From Emiliania huxleyi CCMP1516 (Eukaryota), in the NCBI RefSeq assembly GCF_000372725.1, contig NW_005202428.1, positions 1,659,331 through 1,723,330 of the forward strand: DNA of 64,000 nucleotides, in the 5' to 3' direction. The position numbers and the translations under genes are program-made. Shown here piece by piece: positions 57,432 to 64,000 of this stretch. Below the pieces are notes generated by a model that was not told the origin of the DNA, ran no database searches, and saw nothing but the letters and a program-made list of their open reading frames with translations. Position 1 is the stretch's first letter, and each line of letters starts with the position of its first letter.

Positions 57432-59436
57432 ATGTTTCGTCACAAGAAGAGATCGACCAACGGAGACGACAAATCTAGGCCCTCCAGGGCAGGCACGAGC
57501 GGGGACGTTGACAGCCGCACCGGCGTGCTGCCAGACGGCTCCTGCTTGGCCGGCGCAAAGGCGGCCGCCTTTGCCGGCGCGACAGTGGACTGCCACTGGG
57601 AGGCCTCACCGCCTCGTTTCGACGGCACGCTGGAGGCGTTTGCTGCGGCGCACGCCACCGAGGCCGCCCTCGTCGCGCAGCTGCGCAACATCGTCAAGAA
57701 GTGCTCCTGCGGCAAGGTCTGCGGCTTCTCGCTGACAGAGTGCAACGCGTGCGGGAAGCCGCTGCCGGCGGAGACGTCGCACTCGCCAAACGTGTTTAGC
57801 GGCTTCATCTACGGCATCGCCTCGGCGCCCTTCCCGCTGCACATCTCAATACGCCGGCAGAGCGCGCAGCTGCTCGTGTTCGACGACCTGCTCGCTCTGA
57901 CGCCGTGCCACCTCAACGCGGTGCCCACCTCGGCGTACATCCCCGATTGGCGGTTCCTGCTCCGGCGGCCGCGGGAGGGGCTGCTGCTGGTGCGCACGCT
58001 CGAGGAGGCCGCCTGGGCCTGCGCCTGCGAAGAGTTCCTCGCCTCTCCGTCCTTTCGGCACAAGTTTTTGCGCGGGGCGGCGCGCACCGAGTGGACGAGC
58101 GCGCACAGCGAGGCGCTGCGGCCTCACATGGTGGTGGGCGCGAACTTCCCGCCGTCGCAGTTCCAGCTGCACCTGCAGTGCTTCCTCATGCCTTGGCTCC
58201 CCTTCCAGTACCGCATGTACCTCGACGGGCAGCACATGACCAAGGGACGCTTCTTCCCGCTCAGCTACATCAAGGCGCGCCGCCGCCGCCTCCCCGCCTC
58301 CACGCCGCGCGCCCCGCCCGCCCTCGTCCGGTCCGGAGGCCTCGCGAAGCACGAGCGAACCCCCTCCAACTTTTTAACATATGCCCAAACGCTATCGCGG
58401 CATAAAAAAAGTAGGAACTAGCAATCCCAAAACAATCTCTAGGGATCAGACGAATCATCTAACTCAAAAAAACGTGACTACGCACTCCNNNNNNNNNNNN
58501 NNNNNNNNNNNNNNNNNNNNNNNNNNNNNNNNNNNNNNNNNNNNNNNNNNNNNNNNNNNNNNNNNNNNNNNNNNNNNNNNNNNNNNNNCCCCCCCCCCCC
58601 CCGGGGTTTTTGGAAAACCCTTACAAATTTCCAAATTTTTTTTCGGCCCGGGGTCTGCTTTGGGGGGGGCGGGCCTTACCAGGGGGAGAAGGGCTCCTTG
58701 TTTGTCCGGGAAACCCCCCCCCCCCCCCCTAGCCTTCGGCCAGGCTCTGCTCTCCCTCGATGAGCCGTATGAGGCGCGCAGACCGCGCCGAGATGACGCG
58801 AGATGACGCGAGATGACGCGAGATGACGCGAGATGACGCGAGGCTGTCGCGGCCCGCAGGTGCAGATGGAGACGCCGGTGGAGGAGATCATCGCCCACTT
58901 CGCTACGCGCGGAGTCGACTACGACGAGATGCACGCGGCCTGCTATCTCGCGGCACGCCACCGCCGCCCGCCCGCCCGCCACGCCCGCCCGCACGCACGC
59001 ACCTGACGGTGCACTCGCCGCTTCCCTGGGCAGGTGGACGCGTCGCACCGCGCGCTCGCAAACTGGTCGGCGGCGGACTTTGAGTGCACGCTGCAGGGGG
59101 GCAGCGTGGTAGGGTCGGACCGAACAAAGGCGCCGCACGCACATGCACACACAGCACGCACGCACATGCACACACACACGCACACACGGCTTCTTGCGAA
59201 CGATCCACGGCAGGTCCCGAGGCGGCTGTCGCCCTCCCTCCCCCCGGCTGCCCGACCTCCTTGTGTGTGTGAGGACAAGTGCTCCTGACTGTGTCTGTTG
59301 GTGCGGGAAGGCGGAGGTGATTGCGGCGGACAAGCTCGTCTTGCAGAGCTACGGACGGCCGTACTCGCAGCAGGGCAAGCCTGCTGGCACCTTCTACAAG
59401 CACGCGCGCTCAGAAGCGACGCCGACATGGGCATGA
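57432..59436 (+). CDS. HIT-fold-like protein with an N-terminal Cys-rich zinc ribbon (spans a gap)
   Basis: KKCSCGKVC...ECNACG; LLVFDDLLALTPCHLNAVP; VGANFPPSQFQLHLQ resembles the GFHxPPSxxHLHLH motif of DcpS/aprataxin-type HIT proteins. Confidence 0.65.
58489..58588. other. Assembly gap (100 N) with low-quality-looking flanks
   Basis: Run of N; homopolymer-rich flanks. Confidence 1.
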
Positions 59437-60126
59437 ACTGGCGGGGGGAGGGGGAGGGGGCAGGTGGCCATGTCTCTGCTCCGGCGCGGACCCGCGCGCG
59501 CGTTCAGACCTGGGTGCTGGGAGGGGGAGGAGGGAGGGGGCAGAACACAGAGACGGGGAGGGAGGGAGGGAGGGAGAGAGAGAGAGAGACGAAGAGGGAG
59601 AGAGAGAGAGAGAGGAAAATGCTGAGCGCGGCACTGCGCATGGCCGCTGCACCGACGGCGCGCGCACCGCTGGCACTCCGGGAAGCGAGAGGCTGGCAGT
59701 GGGCGAGCGCGTCCTGCTTGGGCATGGCGGGGGCCTGTGGCTCGCGCGCAGCGCGGGGAGACTCGACCTCACATTTCAACCGGCCAAGCACTCATTTCAA
59801 TCGGCCAAGCACTGTCTATGACTAGTCCTATGCCGTCTGTATGTGGCGCTCCGCGCGTAATGCGAGATGCGCATGTGTGCGCGAATGACCAGAGACCACC
59901 ACCCTGGAGTTCGTATTAATGATTAAATTCGGTATTAGCATAAAATGCATTGTCTCTACACTGAGATTCCAGAGCGGCTCAGCCGTGGTATGCCCTATGG
60001 CTATGCCTGGTAACCGGATTGTGGCGGATTGTGCGGATAAAGCGGATAAGAATTAAGATATTCTTTCACTGGTGTGTGTGGTGTGTGACACGCTGTGCAC
60101 ACTGGTGACCACTGGAACGACGGGCG

Positions 60127-60216
60127 GTCGACCGCAGCCCCTCTCGCAGAGCCGCGCCGTAGCCGCAGCCCCTCGCTCTTCTAGTGTGTCGGGTAGTAGG
60201 GGTGAGGGGGACGGAT
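60127..60216 (+). mobile_element. Fragment of the single-ORF retroposon (ORF end and start of 3' UTR)
   Basis: GCCGTAGCCGCAGCCCC..CGCTCTTCTAGTGT..CGGGTAGT..GGGGTGAGGGG.ACGGAT matches the reverse complement of about 42164-42263. Confidence 0.8.
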
Positions 60217-61760
60217 CACGAAAAGGCGTTTTCTGACCGCGCAAGACAAAGGGTGGCTCAGGGCTCTGCCGGCAAGGCGCCCGCGTCGTCGACGCGGTAC
60301 CATTGACTAATCCCGGGATTCACACCCACACGACCAAATAGCGAAAATCCGAATACCGTGCAAAAACCACGGAAAATGCGACGAAGAACGTCGGGGCAAG
60401 TTTGGCTAACTCCATAACAATGGGCGATCCGGCGCTTCCTTCGATTGGACGGACGAATGATCGCGGAAAAGCGGGACCGCATCGCGACATCGGGGGTTCA
60501 CCATATGCCGAGCCTGCTCGGCCTGCCATGCGCGCGCGCCTCGCCCGAGCACAGCCACCTGCGGCCTGGCCAGCCTGTTCCTGGCTCGTGCCCAGCCTCT
60601 CCTTCCGCTGCCGCCGGCCTCGCAGTCCCGCCAGCCATCACGCTGCAGAGCCTGCGTAGACGCCACAGACGCTAATTCTGCAGCCCACAGCCCTGGCAAC
60701 TCGAGGGCCAACAGTATACGACGACGACATCTCACACCCCGCGCTGGCCAGCGCCATCAGCCCCTCACGGCCCGGCCCAACCTTCCCTTCCCCACCCTCG
60801 CCTCCAGTGCCTCCAATCAAGTCGCACCTCTCTTCTTCAGCGAATGCAGCGGCAGCACCACGTCAGAGGCTGGGCCGACTGGCGGACCGGACCTGCATGC
60901 CCAGCCATGCCCCCCACTCCCCACCCGCTTGGATCGATCAGCTGACAACAGCTCCACCAGCTCCCACCACCGCGTGTCATGTCATGAAGCATGATAGATA
61001 GACACCATCGAAAGGTCTGATCTCCAAAAAGAGCTCTCGGCCTGTGCCGCGCGCGCCCGCGCCCCGCCCTTTTGCGCAGCAACAGCCAACACCTTAAACT
61101 TCATGGCCCTCCAAATTCGGGTCGGAGCGTAGCGGAGTGGGAGCCGAGTTTGAAAAAGGCGACGGACGCTTGCGTCCTAGCCTCCAACAACGCCTCCCCG
61201 GCGCAGAGGGGCCCCCGGAGGGATGCTCAACCCCCCGGGGACCGTGAGTGAGTGAGTATTCTTGATACGAAACCACGACGACACACACCAGTCGACTCGC
61301 ATCGGTTGCCTCCATTAACGGCGGAGCTATTCTCGCGCCCACACCACACCTGGCTCCAACGTGGACACGCCCATAGCTGGGGACACTACTAGGTCACGCA
61401 TGGCATCAGAAGTTTTATCTCTGGGCCCCGAAAGGCATCTCTAGCAGCGTCGTTACGCATGCTCCCTCCCCTCCTGGGCGCATGCGCCTCCCATCTCGCC
61501 AGAGCATAAGCTCTTGGTGTGCGTCCAGACGAGTTTTTCGCAATCGCAGCATACACACACACACCCACCCGGGGACTCGGGACCGGCTCACGCACGCCTC
61601 TTGTGGCGGTCCTATTCCCAGCTCGCAGTGCCGACGGCTCGAAACACGCGCGGGGATCGCGTGAACCAATCCTCGCTGCTCGAGTACCGACGCGGCCAAA
61701 GGATATCCACCACCTCGAGAACCTCGAGAGTGGCGTCGCCAGCACACACAGCAAAGGCCA

Positions 61761-63345
61761 ATGGCACCGTCGGCTTTGGGACTGGCCAAGGTCGGCGCAG
61801 GCCTTGCGATCGGCACCCCGGTGGCCCTCACAGGAGCTGTGGTTTCGCTTCTCACGAAGATGCATGGGTCGGTCGGCGTCGCCGCGCCCACGAAGAGGAT
61901 GCTCGCCGAGGAAGACGCAAAGGCCTGTGCATTGTTCCGTCATCTGCCCGCTCTCGCAGAGAAGATCGCATGGCGTTCGCTTGGGGCGGATGTCACTCCC
62001 ATACACCGCTGCGCACTGAACACGCCGTCAGGTGTGCCAGTCTCCTTCTTTGTGAAGCGCGAGGATCTCGCATCGCCTGTGTATGGCGGCAACAAGGTGC
62101 GCACGCTCCAACACCAGCTGGCTGTCATTGAGTCCAAGTACGAGGCGGGCGACCCACGCTGTGCCAACATCCACGTCATGGGCACCGGTGGGAGCAACCA
62201 GGTCGTGGCCACGGCCGTGCACGCCCGTGAGCGGCTGCCCAAGCTGACGGGTAAGCTCCCAGCGGCCTGACTAGACGTGAGCTCGCGTGACGCCTGCGCC
62301 CGCTTTTGGCAGCGCTCTGGATGGACAAGGACGTCCCCGACCTCGACAACACCCTGAACATGCTGAGCACGCTCTCGATGCCGCTCGCGGCCAAGTTCAA
62401 CTGGGCCGAGCCGCTCCCTGTGCTGAAGCGCCTCGTCGGCGCCGCCTTCGGCGGCGACGGCGTGGTCGTCACGGCGGGCGGCAACTGCCCGGCGGGCGTC
62501 CTCGGGCAGGCCAGCTGGAGCTCGCGGAGCTTCCCACACCTCCCCACACCTTCTCACACCTTCCCACACCTTCCCGCCAGGTCGGCGGCCTGCTGGAGCT
62601 CGCGGAGCAGATCGAGGCCGGCGCGATGCCGTCTCCCGACCGGATCTACCTGCCGATCGGCTCGAGCTGCACGACGAGCGGGCTCATCCTGGGCGTCGCG
62701 CTCGCGCGTCACCTGCGACTGGGACCCTTCGGCGGGCCGCTGCGCATCGTCGGCGTGCCCGTGCACGAGGCGTTCGCCATGCTGCAGGCCAAGCTGGGCA
62801 TCCACCGCGCGTCGCTGTCGCAGTACATGCCGCTCACCATCCGCCACACGCTCAAGACGACGTGCGCCGAGCTCGCGCGCCTCGGCGGGCCCGACCTGCA
62901 CGACGCCAGCCTCCGGATCCTCCACGAGGAGGTCGAGATCCTCACCGACGCCGACCTCGTCGGCATCTACGGCGCGCACTCCGAGGTGAGCCGCCGCGCG
63001 GCGCAGGCGTACGACGCCACGGGCCGGCTCTTCGAGGGCAGCGGCGCGGAGGTGAGCACGCCGCTGTGGGTGTGCGGCCACTTCGTCGCGAAGGCGTTTG
63101 CGCCGCTGATCGACGACGCCGCGAAGGAGGAGCTGCGCGGGCAGACCTTCCTGCTGTGGCAGACCAAGTCGGCGGTGCAGCCGCTCGGCACGGAGGACGA
63201 GTGGGCGCAGCTGGCCGAGATGCCGCCGCTCGTGAAGCGGTGGGCGGACGACGGCCCTGCGGAGTCCACGCTGCGCCCGGGCAAAGTGGACACCGCCAAC
63301 GGCACGCCTGATGACTATCGCCATCTGATGAAGGCGCTGCCGTGA
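61761..63345 (+). CDS. PLP-dependent ACC deaminase/D-cysteine desulfhydrase family enzyme (3 exons)
   Basis: VTPIH, VKREDLASPVYGGNKVRTL (PLP lysine), GTGGSNQ, PDRIYLPIGSSCTTSGL; introns at about 62251-62312 and 62510-62580. Confidence 0.87.
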
Positions 63346-64000
63346 GCATGAACGCACACAGATAGAGACACGCGCGTGCAAGGTCCGTATGGCTCACCGT
63401 GTAGTCGGCCACTCGGCGTTTTCACACGCATTTCGTGACACACAATACTGCCAGCAAGATGCGACATTAAGTTACTCGTGGGGTTCGCGGCAGTCCAGAG
63501 CCCTCGGCACCGACCGCACGCGCCCGCCGACGTCGACGACCCCCCCCCGCTCCCCGCGGCTCCCCGGCCCCGCTCCCCGCGCGGTCCCCTGGGCGCAGAG
63601 AGAGCCCCGGCGCCCCGGCTAACGGCCCCTGCACCCCGCGCTGCGCCGGCCGGGCCTCCGCAGCCCCGTGGCCGTGCCCGCCATGGCCCATCCGCGATGG
63701 TGCCCGCGCGGAGTTCGCGGCGCCCCGCCCGCGTGCGGACTGCGGTGCCGGGCGCGTGCCGGGCGAGCGCGCCGCGACGCGGCCCCCCGCGACTCGCGCG
63801 AGACGACACTTGTAGTCCATGTGTAAATCTCAGCCGAACAACCTAGTCTGGCTGATCTACCTCCCCGTTCGATGGTTCGAAAGGTCTGAGGGTAGAGCCG
63901 CACACCATAGTCTCACGTCACGAGCTCGCTGCCTTCTCAGGCGCTCCAACGCCGCTAAGTGCAGCGGGCGGGTGGGAACCGGACGGGGCGGGGGAAGTGG

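Noticed and set aside
58370..58740. AT-rich, homopolymer-rich sequence around the gap
   Set aside because: Looks like low-quality read ends rather than biology
60250..61700. Possible gene or TE upstream of the ACC deaminase-like gene
   Set aside because: Only short ORFs; no TIR, TSD or domain that I could support
1..64000. Hundreds of overlapping Arg/Pro/Ala-rich six-frame ORFs (e.g. 39763-41034 -, 47177-48619 -, 22050-23990 +)
   Set aside because: Shadow frames caused by very high GC and stop-codon scarcity; they overlap better-supported genes
1..64000. tRNA, rRNA or self-cleaving ribozyme genes; functional gene cluster
   Set aside because: None recognised by eye, and neighbouring genes have unrelated functions; tRNAscan-SE and Infernal would be needed to exclude RNA genes

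Overview
GC-rich, intron-rich eukaryotic genomic DNA with two 100-N gaps. Frequent GC-AG introns, microsatellite-filled introns and bipartite plastid-targeting leaders suggest a haptophyte such as Emiliania/Gephyrocapsa huxleyi; this assignment is inference. About 19 host genes can be read: a coiled-coil protein, a threonine dehydrogenase-EF-hand fusion, a divergent gene pair, a PX-BAR sorting nexin, MATE, a plastid membrane protein, GH127, a CCCH/LOTUS-like protein, a methyltransferase, a calmodulin-like protein, a ModF-like ABC ATPase, RPAC2/AC19, IspE, a 2OG-Fe(II) oxygenase, a giant secreted proline-rich protein with Asp-rich repeats, a nodulin-like MFS transporter, a HIT-like protein and an ACC-deaminase-family enzyme. 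Three patterns stand out. (1) A retroposon system: about ten intergenic inserts share one 3' terminus, (TTTC)n or (TTTA)n tails and, in most cases, 10-14 bp target-site duplications. One is a 1.17 kb element with a single 335-aa ORF that has no visible RT. (2) Many introns carry copies of their own flanking exon sequence together with CCGAGAT arrays, suggesting intron birth by local duplication and possibly explaining GC and GA donors. (3) A foldback element built from telomere-like 11-mers lies in a nested TE cluster upstream of RPAC2. Exon boundaries were read by eye and are approximate.
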